From NCBI GenBank assembly GCA_003389385.1, contig QQVM01000017.1, positions 10,443 to 74,442 on the forward strand: 64,000 nucleotides of DNA, written 5' to 3'. A program made the translations under genes and the position numbers. How positions within the stretch are numbered: the stretch's first letter is position 1; every line of letters starts with the position of its first letter. Shown here piece after piece: positions 1 through 9,710 of the stretch. The DNA comes from Bacteroidota bacterium. Its GTDB lineage: Bacteria; Bacteroidota; Bacteroidia; AKYH767-A; 2013-40CM-41-45. A model generated the notes under the pieces. That model was not told where the DNA came from. It searched no databases and worked only from the letters and a program-made list of their open reading frames with translations.

Positions 1-5
1 TGCAG

Positions 6-1226
6 ATGGGTGGGGTTTCCATTCCTATTACTTCAAATGGGATTTACAACTACGGATTTCAGACGCCGCTGGCGGGAAGCCCACTATCACTAATCCCTGA
101 TTCAGGTGGATTTTTTGACGGCTCATTTCAGTTAATATCCGCATCCGAGGAGACCACGCATCACTTTGCTGGACTATTTGATTCGAGCGACAATCTTATT
201 CGAGACCTAACTGCAAACATTCTCTATGAAGATGGATTTGCGACCATCTATTACCCACTTGCATTTGGAGATGATTCAGGGAATTCCATTCCGGATGGAT
301 GCTATAAGATATGCATTTCAGACCAGTCAAACGCTTCTAGTCCTGGAGGAGACCTTTTGTTTGGCGCTGGAGAATTCTCCTCCCAGCTTGCATGGGAAAT
401 GATCGGAGGAGCGAAGGTGGAGAACGGATTTCTGGTGATTACAGAAGAGGGTCAAGGCGGACAGTTGGCAATCAGTATTTCTGATTTTGAATGCTTTGTT
501 CTGGAATTTCGCATTCGAATCTTTGAAAACACAGACGGGGTACTCGAGTCCAAACTTGGCATATCAACAAGGAGCATACCTATCGCTTGGCAGTCGTCCG
601 GCGGAAGTGGGCATCAGGAATATGTGTACCGTTACCTTCATACAGTTAAAAACCCCGCTTCAATATACTTTCGATGGACGGGGGCAGGGGAAATTTATAT
701 TGATCATGTTAGAGTGTTTCCGGGCCCCTTTTGTGGCGACACCGCAGGCCAGGAATGTTCCGAACCCTTCAGTATGGATTCATCAAGCGACTGCTCAAAA
801 TCCATCACCGCGAAAATGGACACAGTTGCGGGCGTGAAATCTGCTTACGGCTTTCGCTGGTTCAATTACTTTCTACCAAATTTCCGAGAGACAATTGACC
901 TTTACGCGCCTGTGTATCCGGGGGAGGACGAGAAGTACAGCTACGACGATGGGGCGATCAAACGGCCCTACGGAATGAGCTCAAAACGGTTTGATTTGGT
1001 TTTTCCGCGCGTGGACGTGCACTTGCACGATGCGATCAGAATCATGCTCAAGGCCGATGAACTTCGCATTGGAGACAGCCCGTTCAATGACTTTCGTCAA
1101 TACGCTTGTGTGAGCGAATCATATGAACCGAATTGGCCGCGACGCGTTAAGACAAAATTGTCCGACAGCAAGGTGGAGGTTGTTAGTAAAATCAGCAACG
1201 AACTGTACGGCCATAACGTGTACTAA
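6..1226 (+). CDS. Hypothetical prophage protein (possibly tail fiber or structural); its N-terminus may lie upstream of the window
   Basis: 406-aa ORF that starts at the window edge; Gly/Ser/Asp-rich; no recognisable catalytic motif. Confidence 0.35.
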   Translation: MGGVSIPITSNGIYNYGFQTPLAGSPLSLIPDSGGFFDGSFQLISASEETTHHFAGLFDSSDNLIRDLTANILYEDGFATIYYPLAFGDDSGNSIPDGCYKICISDQSNASSPGGDLLFGAGEFSSQLAWEMIGGAKVENGFLVITEEGQGGQLAISISDFECFVLEFRIRIFENTDGVLESKLGISTRSIPIAWQSSGGSGHQEYVYRYLHTVKNPASIYFRWTGAGEIYIDHVRVFPGPFCGDTAGQECSEPFSMDSSSDCSKSITAKMDTVAGVKSAYGFRWFNYFLPNFRETIDLYAPVYPGEDEKYSYDDGAIKRPYGMSSKRFDLVFPRVDVHLHDAIRIMLKADELRIGDSPFNDFRQYACVSESYEPNWPRRVKTKLSDSKVEVVSKISNELYGHNVY

Positions 1227-1274
1227 TCGGCCTTAACAGTATATTTGCTTATCGCGCTTCATGACGTCCTTTAA

Positions 1275-1910
1275 TTGGGCGTCAGTCTTTTATTTACCGT
1301 TGCCGGGAGCCCTTCCGGCAAAAAGACGCAAGGGATTCATCAATTATTTAATTTCTTAAAAATGGCAATAGATTATTGCGATCAGGACCCCTTGGGAGAA
1401 GCTGATGTAATTGCCTGTCCGAAAAATGACCTCGTCGGCGGTTTTTCTGCTCTTGTAATCCTGGAAGACGGACACACAGTGGAAGACCCCTCGAGCGCAT
1501 CCGAGATAAATGCAAACATCAACACCGGCCACGCACACGTGGTAAAACGCTGCTCATTGGCGGTGGATGCGGCCACTCCTGTCGAACAGGAGTCGCTCGT
1601 GCCGTGCGAGACCCCTTCGCTACTTACCTACGATCGCGGCGGTCCGTACATCAACCCGAATGTCACACCGAACAATGTTTCGTTTCACGACAGGCTCTTT
1701 GATGGACGCGTATTCCCGGCGATGATCATCGCAAACTGCGGACGTGACGGTGTGATTGAAAAGGTGTTGTTCATTCAGGGTCGCATCAAGCTGAAAGGCT
1801 CGTTGATCGCTCCGAAAAACAACAATGAATTCATGCGCTTTGAAGGCAGTTATGCTTACAAATCCAGCAAGAATCCGACGTTGCACGATGCACCTCAGGG
1901 CATCTTCTGA
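1275..1910 (+). CDS. Hypothetical prophage protein
   Basis: 211-aa ORF followed by a strong rho-independent terminator. Confidence 0.35.
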   Translation: MGVSLLFTVAGSPSGKKTQGIHQLFNFLKMAIDYCDQDPLGEADVIACPKNDLVGGFSALVILEDGHTVEDPSSASEINANINTGHAHVVKRCSLAVDAATPVEQESLVPCETPSLLTYDRGGPYINPNVTPNNVSFHDRLFDGRVFPAMIIANCGRDGVIEKVLFIQGRIKLKGSLIAPKNNNEFMRFEGSYAYKSSKNPTLHDAPQGIF

Positions 1911-1922
1911 TCTGAGTTTAAA

Positions 1923-1970
1923 AAGCGAAAGCCGGGCGATCACTTCCCAGGCTTTCGCTTAATTTTTATT
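1923..1970 (+). terminator. Rho-independent terminator
   Basis: Perfect 11-bp stem aagcgaaagcc / ggctttcgctt followed by a T-run (aatttttatt). Confidence 0.6.
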
Positions 1971-1975
1971 CAAAC

Positions 1976-4276
1976 ATGAACCAAGGCATTTTACTTCCTG
2001 CATTCGGTAAGCGCGGATATTATTTCGCGGCATACAACCTTGCCTTTTCCATTAAGCACTTCAACAAGGACATTCCCATTGCCATATTGCACGGCAATAA
2101 ATTAAAAAAAGAATTACACCTGCCCCACATGCACACCGTGTTCGATCACCTCATTGAATTGCCACAGGAGGTGATGATGATGGGGGGGCGAATGAATCCG
2201 GCTGCAGTGAAACTCTGGGCGAGCGATTACAGCCCATTTGAATGCACAATTCAACTGGACGTGGATGCGCTTGCGATGCAGGATTTATCAAGCATATTCG
2301 ATGAGCTACAAAGCGCAGGAGGGTCTTTTTATTCGCATGTACTAGACCATCATAAGATCGGATCGGGCGATGACATTTCGTTCATGAAATGGGCCAGCGA
2401 ATCCATCATTCAACAGAAGTACAATTTGCCAGAAGGCGCCATGCTTCCCGGCACAAACTCCTCGTTTCTTTATTACAAAAATGACGAGACAGGAAGAAAA
2501 ATATTTCAGCGGGCAAGAGAAAATTTCCTTGATCCCATCCCGCTTCAACAGCTGCAAATGCAGTGGGGCGGAAGCCAGCCCGATGAACTTTATTTGAACA
2601 TCGCTCTTGCGCAAGAAGGCGTCAATGCAAAAACCGAAAAGGATTATTTGTTTCTGGCAGACAAGATTTCCAATCAATCACTCTCGTGGATCAAGGATAA
2701 TTATCCGCTGCTATGCTTGTACGGACCTGGCAACCGACCTCGCTTGATGTATCTGGAATGGTACGACCGGATGCTGCATTCGATGCATTCTGCTAAAAAG
2801 CTGAATCATGTTTTCAAGCATCACACAATACTTTCAGACAAGTACGCTAATGCGCCAAGCACACCAAAGCAAGTGAAGCAAAACATCGCACCCGTTCAGC
2901 CTGTGATTGCAGAGCCCGTCGCAAAAAGACCGGAAAAAATTCGCCTGCACGTTCCTTTTTTTGAGGGAAACGATGCGCTGCGAAAAGCCGAGATACTTAC
3001 ATGCCTGCACGAGAATTTGAAATGCGAACAGATCGAAAGAATCTTTCTGTATAGCGAACATGATTTTTCCGACAAAGTGCTTTCCCTCCATGAAATGGGC
3101 AGCGGAAAATTATCGCTCATTCGTTTTTCAAACCGCCCGACATACAGGTCCATCATCGAGAGCATCAACAGTAACAAGCCGGCTAAATTTGACATTTCCA
3201 TCATAGCAAATGCAGATATCTTTTTTCAGGACACATACCTGAACATGATCAAGGATGTGAATTTCGATTCGCGCGCATTGGCATTGTCGCGCTGGGATTT
3301 AAAGAGCGCAGACATTTCCGGAGCGGACCATAATGCAAAGCATTTCAGTTATGAATACTCTCAGGACCCTTGGATTTTCAAAGGAAAAATCCCGGCAATG
3401 GACTGCGACTTTCCATTTGGCATTCCAGCTTGTGACAATCGCATGGCCTATGAAATGAAAAGGCATTTCACTCGAGTAGACAATCCATCCATCCAAATTA
3501 AAACCTTTCACCTGCATTTGTCAAACGAAAGAACATACAGCCAAGCAGACAGGCTGCCGGGCAATGTATCTCCGATCAAGCCCTCGCATTACGCTCCAAT
3601 CAAAAAAAAGCGAATGCTGATGATTCAAAAAGGAAAAGTCGGAGACGTGCTGCTTTGCCTTCCCATCGCACGGGCGTATGCAGACAGATACACGGTCCAG
3701 TGGTTGCTGCCAAAGCAATACCACTGTCTTTTTGATTATGTGGACTATGTCGCCCCGGTTGAGAGGGCACAAGGCAAATATGATTACACGCTTGACCTTT
3801 CGTTCGGACAGGGCGGAAAGCCAGAGCAGTGGTGGAGGCGCGAGAAAAGCGGATTCCGCTCTTTTGTCGACGCAAAGTATCATCTGGCAGGAATTGACGT
3901 GAACGAAAAAAATAACCTGGTCTATGACCGGGATTATAAAAAGGAGAATGCGCTGCTGGAAATTATCCGCCAGAAAATTGGTGCGGGAGAATTTGCACTA
4001 ATGCACACTCAAAGCGATTACGGAACGCCCGTGAAGGTCAAAAGCGCAATGGCTGCCCTGGAATTCTCACCCATCGAAGGGTACACAATTTTTGATTGGC
4101 GCAAAGTAATAGAACAGGCTGCCGAAATTCATTGTATCGATTCCTCGCTTTGCAATTTCGTTGATGCTATCCCAGAGGTGCGAGACATTCCAAAGACATA
4201 CTATCCGACCGACAAAGTCCCGAACATTTGGGATCGCACAATATTGACCAACAACTGGATCATTCAGGAAAACTAA
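1976..4276 (+). CDS. Multidomain glycosyltransferase, 766 aa, with a GT9 (heptosyltransferase-like) C-terminal domain
   Basis: The N-terminal region resembles a nucleotide-sugar transferase. The C-terminal part contains KVGDVLLCLPIARAYADRY, which matches the iGDvllttPalraL signature of ADP-heptose:LPS heptosyltransferase (GT9). Confidence 0.5.
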   Translation: MNQGILLPAFGKRGYYFAAYNLAFSIKHFNKDIPIAILHGNKLKKELHLPHMHTVFDHLIELPQEVMMMGGRMNPAAVKLWASDYSPFECTIQLDVDALAMQDLSSIFDELQSAGGSFYSHVLDHHKIGSGDDISFMKWASESIIQQKYNLPEGAMLPGTNSSFLYYKNDETGRKIFQRARENFLDPIPLQQLQMQWGGSQPDELYLNIALAQEGVNAKTEKDYLFLADKISNQSLSWIKDNYPLLCLYGPGNRPRLMYLEWYDRMLHSMHSAKKLNHVFKHHTILSDKYANAPSTPKQVKQNIAPVQPVIAEPVAKRPEKIRLHVPFFEGNDALRKAEILTCLHENLKCEQIERIFLYSEHDFSDKVLSLHEMGSGKLSLIRFSNRPTYRSIIESINSNKPAKFDISIIANADIFFQDTYLNMIKDVNFDSRALALSRWDLKSADISGADHNAKHFSYEYSQDPWIFKGKIPAMDCDFPFGIPACDNRMAYEMKRHFTRVDNPSIQIKTFHLHLSNERTYSQADRLPGNVSPIKPSHYAPIKKKRMLMIQKGKVGDVLLCLPIARAYADRYTVQWLLPKQYHCLFDYVDYVAPVERAQGKYDYTLDLSFGQGGKPEQWWRREKSGFRSFVDAKYHLAGIDVNEKNNLVYDRDYKKENALLEIIRQKIGAGEFALMHTQSDYGTPVKVKSAMAALEFSPIEGYTIFDWRKVIEQAAEIHCIDSSLCNFVDAIPEVRDIPKTYYPTDKVPNIWDRTILTNNWIIQEN

Positions 4277-4278
4277 TT

Positions 4279-4986
4279 ATGGCAATTCAAGATACTACAG
4301 GAGCATCCATAGCAGGCACGCAACTATACAATGACATACTTGCAGTTGCCATGGTGGCCGAAAACATGAAGTTCATTGAAGTAGGCGCAGGAATTGGAGA
4401 TGGCATTACTCGGGCACTTATAAGAGGAATGTTATCCAAGCCAAATGCCATGAATCCTGGCAGCGGGCTACAGTTGCATTGCATCGAATTGTCCGAAGAA
4501 AAGTATCAGTTGCTTCAAAGCGAGCTCTCTCCTTATGGTGTATTTTCTTTCGCGCACAATGGCGTGTCTGCCGACCTTAGCTGGTACATGAGCGAAGAGG
4601 CTGTACGCGAGTTTTATCATAGTAAAAAAACCAGGGCGAGCGAGCGGCCAGTTGAAGTAATTCTCAGTTCGCGATCAAAAGAGCTTGAATACATAGACAG
4701 TAAGGGAGAGAGCTTCAGTCAAAACATACTGAATGAAATTAAAGGGGTATATGGTATTCCAGACGTATTGGTGATGAATGGAAGTGAATTTACCTCTGTT
4801 CAGGAAATGGAATTGATGATTGGTGCTCGCTACATTGTTCTAATTCAGAATGACAATTTAAAGAATTATGACAATCACAATGCACTGCTTGGTTCTGAAA
4901 GCGGATACAGACTTGTGATCGAAGGTCAGAGCCGGTTAGGCGGATACTCAATATTTCGAATACTGGAGTTGGAGGAGGGCCCATGA
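4279..4986 (+). CDS. Class I SAM-dependent methyltransferase
   Basis: Motif I is IEVGAGIGDGITR (GxGxG Rossmann). I moved the start to the ATG at 4279, just after the upstream stop. The 3' end overlaps the next gene (ATGA). Confidence 0.5.
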   Translation: MAIQDTTGASIAGTQLYNDILAVAMVAENMKFIEVGAGIGDGITRALIRGMLSKPNAMNPGSGLQLHCIELSEEKYQLLQSELSPYGVFSFAHNGVSADLSWYMSEEAVREFYHSKKTRASERPVEVILSSRSKELEYIDSKGESFSQNILNEIKGVYGIPDVLVMNGSEFTSVQEMELMIGARYIVLIQNDNLKNYDNHNALLGSESGYRLVIEGQSRLGGYSIFRILELEEGP

Positions 4987-5651
4987 GACTTGCAGGTGAA
5001 ATAATGGCCGCGGGCATGACCTGTGTATCTGATCTGAAGCAAAAAATTTTCCAAATGGTCACGCAGGAGAAGCCAATGCGCATACTCGAGACCGGCACCT
5101 ATCTTGGCACTGGATCTACGCGTGCGTTCGTTGATGCGGCCATATCATCTGGGCATTCGCTACAATTTCATACAATTGAGGTAAACGAAGGGCACTTTGA
5201 ATTGGCTAGGAAAAATCTATCAGACGCACTATTAAATTTCAAATGTTCATTTTACATGTGGAATGGACTGAGTGTTCCTGCATCATTAATTCCCTCAGAA
5301 ATTGATGTTGATTTCCCGGAAAGCGTCATTACTGACTCCTTCGATGAATCATTTTATCATAATGAGATTGTTGGATTTATTCAGGACGATTGCATTTCAA
5401 AGGCCATATTGGCGATGGGAGGATTCCCAGACATGATACTGCTTGACTCCGCTGGCCACATGGGCACAATAGAATTTTGCCACCTTATGTCTCTGCATGA
5501 CGGCATCACCCCATTCACTTTGATTCTGGACGACACCATGCATCGAAAGCACTACAAAACGATGGAGCTGGTTCGCAAAGATAAATCATTTAAAATCTTA
5601 CATGAGTCTGAGTCAAAATTTGGCTTTGCAATTATTCAATTTAAACCATGA
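4983..5651 (+). CDS. SAM-dependent methyltransferase-like protein (CmcI/TylF-like O-methyltransferase fold)
   Basis: MRILETGTYLGTGSTRAF resembles motif I of CmcI-family O-methyltransferases. Translationally coupled to both neighbours. Confidence 0.4.
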   Translation: MRLAGEIMAAGMTCVSDLKQKIFQMVTQEKPMRILETGTYLGTGSTRAFVDAAISSGHSLQFHTIEVNEGHFELARKNLSDALLNFKCSFYMWNGLSVPASLIPSEIDVDFPESVITDSFDESFYHNEIVGFIQDDCISKAILAMGGFPDMILLDSAGHMGTIEFCHLMSLHDGITPFTLILDDTMHRKHYKTMELVRKDKSFKILHESESKFGFAIIQFKP

Positions 5652-6448
5652 AGCGAATCGCATTCACAATTATGTACAACGCAGCGCACCATCTGCGCCA
5701 TTGCGATTTTGCGCTAAAAATGATCTCCATGTTTGATCATTGGATCATTGCCGAAGGCTTTGCTGGCAACAAAGGGTCTACCAGCTGGTGCAATGAATTG
5801 AACTGCCCGATCAGGTCAATTGATGACACAATCAATTTGATCGGCGATTATGCCGATAAGCAATCTGAGTGCGTTCGCCTTGTCTCGCCGCGAAAGTGGG
5901 AAAGCAAAGATGAAATGGTGAACGCTTGCATCGATATAGCCAGAGATATTATTGACGGGCAGGACTGCTTCTTATGGCAGGTTGACGCGGACGAGCACTG
6001 GACTGATGATCAACTGTCCAGAAGCGAGAAGTCAATCATTGCCTCTTGCGCCGACACAGGCATGTTTTTGTGCAATTATTTCATAGGAGAAAATTTGATC
6101 GTACGCGGTCAATGGGGCGAAGGACTGATGACGCCATACCGCAGGTTATGGCATTGGAAGGGACAGCGTTTCGCATCGCATGAGCCCCCTATACTTTCTG
6201 GCGGCAACGGAAAAGAAATGCTTCTGCAAGAGCGATTCGATCATTATGCGTACTTCTTTGAACACGACGTGAAATTTAAAGCCATGTACTATAGTGGCCA
6301 TGAGCACGTGTATCGTAATTGGAAAAAAATTCAATCGGGATCTGTTAAATTTCCTGCGCCTATATCTACGCTTTTCTCAGGAAAAATGTTTTCCTCCACC
6401 AAATCAAGAATCTACCAAATCAAAAATCATGAGAAAGAGGCTATTTAA
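5648..6448 (+). CDS. Putative GT2-like glycosyltransferase
   Basis: The N-terminus RIAFTIMYNAAHHL resembles the GT2 start (IvIPvyN...L), and there is a DxD-like WQVDADEHW. Overlaps the upstream gene by 4 nt. Confidence 0.35.
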   Translation: MKRIAFTIMYNAAHHLRHCDFALKMISMFDHWIIAEGFAGNKGSTSWCNELNCPIRSIDDTINLIGDYADKQSECVRLVSPRKWESKDEMVNACIDIARDIIDGQDCFLWQVDADEHWTDDQLSRSEKSIIASCADTGMFLCNYFIGENLIVRGQWGEGLMTPYRRLWHWKGQRFASHEPPILSGGNGKEMLLQERFDHYAYFFEHDVKFKAMYYSGHEHVYRNWKKIQSGSVKFPAPISTLFSGKMFSSTKSRIYQIKNHEKEAI

Positions 6449-6552
6449 ACCAAGGCAATGCCGCGGCACCAAGCAAGGGTGCAGTTACACTCCCAAAGAG
6501 CGGATGAAAAGCGGGTTGATAATTCTATTCAGAAGAGCAAACAAAAGAGAAA

Positions 6553-8442
6553 ATGCAGCAAGAAATCCAGCATATTAATTCCCTGCTCGAGCAGGCGAAG
6601 GCAAAAATTAAAAAAGGCGTCTCGATTAAGAAGTCTGTGAATGATGTAAGCGTTCGCGAGTACCAGGAATTTAATCCGCTTTATGCGCGCGCATGTCAGA
6701 TACGCGACAAGATCGCAGTGCACGCCGAAGGAGATGAGTTTCCGGAGCATCTATTTGTCGTTCGTGCCCCGCGCATGACAAAGGATGAATTTGATTACAT
6801 CAAATCCAACTACAAGAATGAAACGCGCCCGGTGTATCTGGATTTTTTCAATACCGTAATGAGAATTTTCCATGATAGCAACTGGTCAATCGACTGGCCC
6901 TCCTTTGATGAAGACGGTAATCCGCTTGCTCAATACATGGAGAATTTGCCCATCTACGGATCGGAGGAAACTTTTACGCGCGATATTGTCACGCACGCCA
7001 AGCTGACAGATGCCATGGGCGTGATCGTGGTAAAGCCGCGCACGATCAAAACAATTAAGAATGATCAGGGCGAGGAAGTGATCGATAACCGGGAAAGATT
7101 CGAGCCTCTGCCATATTATTTCCGATGCGATCAAGTGCTGTTTTACGAGGAAGGCGAGTATTACTTCCTTCTGTCTGACGAAAAATCAGAAGTAGATTAT
7201 GGTGGCCGAAAATCAAAAGAGGGTGTTGTATTCGAATATCACGACAAAAATCACTTTTACCGAATAGAGCAGTACGGGAGGAAAAGCGACTATAATTTCA
7301 GAGTCATCCATCAATATTCTCATAACTGGAACCGCGTTACAGTGCACCGATTAAAAGGTGTTCCACGTGTAACAAAAGATGGTGTGCTACATGTTTCTCC
7401 TTTTTATTTCGCAGTTGATATTCTTGATCTTGTCACATTGAATGCGACCAATCTGCAAACGATCATCAACAATGCAGCGTATCCGTATCGCATTGTCTAC
7501 GGCGATGAATGCGATTTTCAAATCACACTCTCGGACAATACTGAAGCCGCCTGTAACGGGGGAAAGATTTTCAATTCGGATTTGAATGCTACCATTACGT
7601 GTCCTTCCTGCAATGGCAGCGGGCTAAAAAGCAGACTCTCGCCTCTTGGTGTGATGATTATCCGTGCGCCAAGCACTGAATTCAAGGGTGATGCCGAACT
7701 CAAGCAAGATCCAATCAAATGGGTGGAGCCCTCGACCAATCAGCAGGATTTTTTAAAGAAAAAAATTGCAAGCGATGAAATTCGTGCGCGCAAAATCATA
7801 CACCTGCATTCTGGTAATTCGGAGGCCTCTGCCGGGCCGGACTTGGCTACGAAAATGGTCTTGGATTTAAAAGCCCTGTATGCATTTCTAAAGCCGATCT
7901 CTGATCAGATATTTGACCTCAAGTCTTTCATCATCTGCGCAAGTGGATGGATACGTTACGCCGAAGAATCAAAAAAAATGAATCCGGTGATTTCTTATCC
8001 GGTATCATATGACTTTAAAACCGAGACGGATTATATTTCGCAGATATCAGAAGCGATCAAGGCGGGACTTCCTCCGATGGTCATCCATTCAATCATGTTC
8101 CGGTTTTTACAGTCTCTTTACTACAACGAAAAGCGCACGGCAGACGTATTCTCGCTCATTGTTTCGGCAGACAGACTGCTCGTCTTTGATTCGCAAACCA
8201 TACAAAGCAAGATCAGGGACGGTCTGGCTGAAAAATGGGAGTCAGTGCTGCACGACAGCGCGATCATTTTCGTGAATGAGATGCTGATTGCAGAGCCGGA
8301 ATTCTTTGATAAATACAGCCCTGAAGAAAGGAAAGAAAAGCTGATCGAGGCGGCAAAGAAAAAGGCCGCAGACATTGAGGCCGCACGAAAAGCTTCTGCC
8401 GGAGCTTCGGCTCAGTCCCGCGTAAATGAAATCCTGAATTGA
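6553..8442 (+). CDS. Phage portal protein (putative)
   Basis: 629-aa protein directly upstream of a Mu-F-like head morphogenesis gene and overlapping it; no Walker A motif, which argues against terminase. The assignment rests on size and position. Confidence 0.45.
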   Translation: MQQEIQHINSLLEQAKAKIKKGVSIKKSVNDVSVREYQEFNPLYARACQIRDKIAVHAEGDEFPEHLFVVRAPRMTKDEFDYIKSNYKNETRPVYLDFFNTVMRIFHDSNWSIDWPSFDEDGNPLAQYMENLPIYGSEETFTRDIVTHAKLTDAMGVIVVKPRTIKTIKNDQGEEVIDNRERFEPLPYYFRCDQVLFYEEGEYYFLLSDEKSEVDYGGRKSKEGVVFEYHDKNHFYRIEQYGRKSDYNFRVIHQYSHNWNRVTVHRLKGVPRVTKDGVLHVSPFYFAVDILDLVTLNATNLQTIINNAAYPYRIVYGDECDFQITLSDNTEAACNGGKIFNSDLNATITCPSCNGSGLKSRLSPLGVMIIRAPSTEFKGDAELKQDPIKWVEPSTNQQDFLKKKIASDEIRARKIIHLHSGNSEASAGPDLATKMVLDLKALYAFLKPISDQIFDLKSFIICASGWIRYAEESKKMNPVISYPVSYDFKTETDYISQISEAIKAGLPPMVIHSIMFRFLQSLYYNEKRTADVFSLIVSADRLLVFDSQTIQSKIRDGLAEKWESVLHDSAIIFVNEMLIAEPEFFDKYSPEERKEKLIEAAKKKAADIEAARKASAGASAQSRVNEILN

Positions 8443-9353
8443 TGCGCTCGGTAGAGGATATCATCGAAAAGAAAATCAAGCTGCTGGAATCAGTCGGCGA
8501 AGAGTTTCTGGAGCAGGTGCAAAAAACACAACTCAAGTTATATCGTGAGCTGCTTGAAATACTTGGATCACTGGAAATTTCAAAGGGTCGCATTGTGCTA
8601 AATACAGAAAACCTTCGCATTACTGAAGATGTACTCGAAGAATTGCGCGAGATGCTATTTGGCTCTGAATACATCGAGGCCGTGCGATCGGTGGCAAGCG
8701 GTATGGAAAAAGGAAAGGAATTGTCAGATGAATATTTTCAAAAGGCTTTCCCTGATTTTTCCCAAAGCGAATTGGCGGATAAGATTTTTGAGAATTCGAA
8801 AAAAAATGCCGTGGATCTGCTGGCAGGAGCAACGCCTGAAACAGGATTTCTGCAGGAGTTGAAAGATGAAATTTCGCTTGCAGTCAATAGCGGCGCATCC
8901 TGGCAGGACACTGTGGATCGGCTCCGGCTGATTGCAATCGGAGATGAAACACAAGAAGTCGACGGCAAGCTTTTAAAGTATGCCAAGCAAGTAGCCAGTG
9001 ATAGCATTGCCATTTCAGATCGCTCTTACAATAGCGCGATTGCAGATGAATTGGAGTCAGAATGGTTTCTTTTTGCGGGCGACGTACTGCCCACATCGCG
9101 GCAGTTCTGCATCGAGCGTTCATGGAAATATTTCCATTACAAAGAGGTGGAAAGCTGGGCAGAGCTCGAATGGTCTGGGAAAAATGATGCGACCAATAAA
9201 GAGACAATTTATTCCACGCTAGGAGGATGGCGTTGCCAGCATTCACTCATTCCCGTATCGATCGACACCGTGCCTCGCGATGTAATTGAAAGAAACATGG
9301 CCAACGGAAACTTTACTCCGAGTGAATTTGAAAAGCAAGAATTGGAATTATAA
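8439..9353 (+). CDS. Phage head morphogenesis protein (Mu gpF / SPP1 gp7 family)
   Basis: C-terminal conserved region with the W-R-C motif (LGGWRCQHSLIPV) typical of Phage_Mu_F domains; sits after the portal gene. Confidence 0.6.
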   Translation: MMRSVEDIIEKKIKLLESVGEEFLEQVQKTQLKLYRELLEILGSLEISKGRIVLNTENLRITEDVLEELREMLFGSEYIEAVRSVASGMEKGKELSDEYFQKAFPDFSQSELADKIFENSKKNAVDLLAGATPETGFLQELKDEISLAVNSGASWQDTVDRLRLIAIGDETQEVDGKLLKYAKQVASDSIAISDRSYNSAIADELESEWFLFAGDVLPTSRQFCIERSWKYFHYKEVESWAELEWSGKNDATNKETIYSTLGGWRCQHSLIPVSIDTVPRDVIERNMANGNFTPSEFEKQELEL

Positions 9354-9365
9354 TACACACAGACA

Positions 9366-9710
9366 ATGAAACAAGAATTGATTCGCTGCATCAATGCGCA
9401 AAAAAACAAAGTGAGATTCTTCCCCAAACGATTCGCCATGGACAAGCACTGGCAGAATTCAACTGGATTTATTCCAGACACGTCAGAACCTATTCAGGTG
9501 GGCGATCTTTTGAAGGCTAAAACGGAGGCCCTAATTAATGACAATATTGGAGCCAATAACGTCCAGCAAATCACTGATGATGTTGATATATTTGAAATGC
9601 GCTCTGGCGACGAAAACACTGGGCATGTAAATTTGGTATCAGAAACAGCTCACACGAAAAAGTCCGCAAATCGCAAGCGAACATCGGGCAAAAAAGTAAG
9701 TAAAACATGA
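9366..9710 (+). CDS. Hypothetical small prophage protein
   Basis: 114-aa ORF, basic C-terminus. Confidence 0.3.
   Translation: MKQELIRCINAQKNKVRFFPKRFAMDKHWQNSTGFIPDTSEPIQVGDLLKAKTEALINDNIGANNVQQITDDVDIFEMRSGDENTGHVNLVSETAHTKKSANRKRTSGKKVSKT

Noticed and set aside
2342-3883. Several minus-strand ORFs of 70-120 aa inside the 766-aa glycosyltransferase gene
   Set aside because: They are embedded antisense ORFs within a long, well-supported CDS and have no motifs.
6458-6640. Lys/Arg-rich 60-aa ORF upstream of and overlapping the portal gene start
   Set aside because: It is an alternative frame across the portal start region; its basic composition comes from an A-rich sequence, and nothing supports it as a separate gene.
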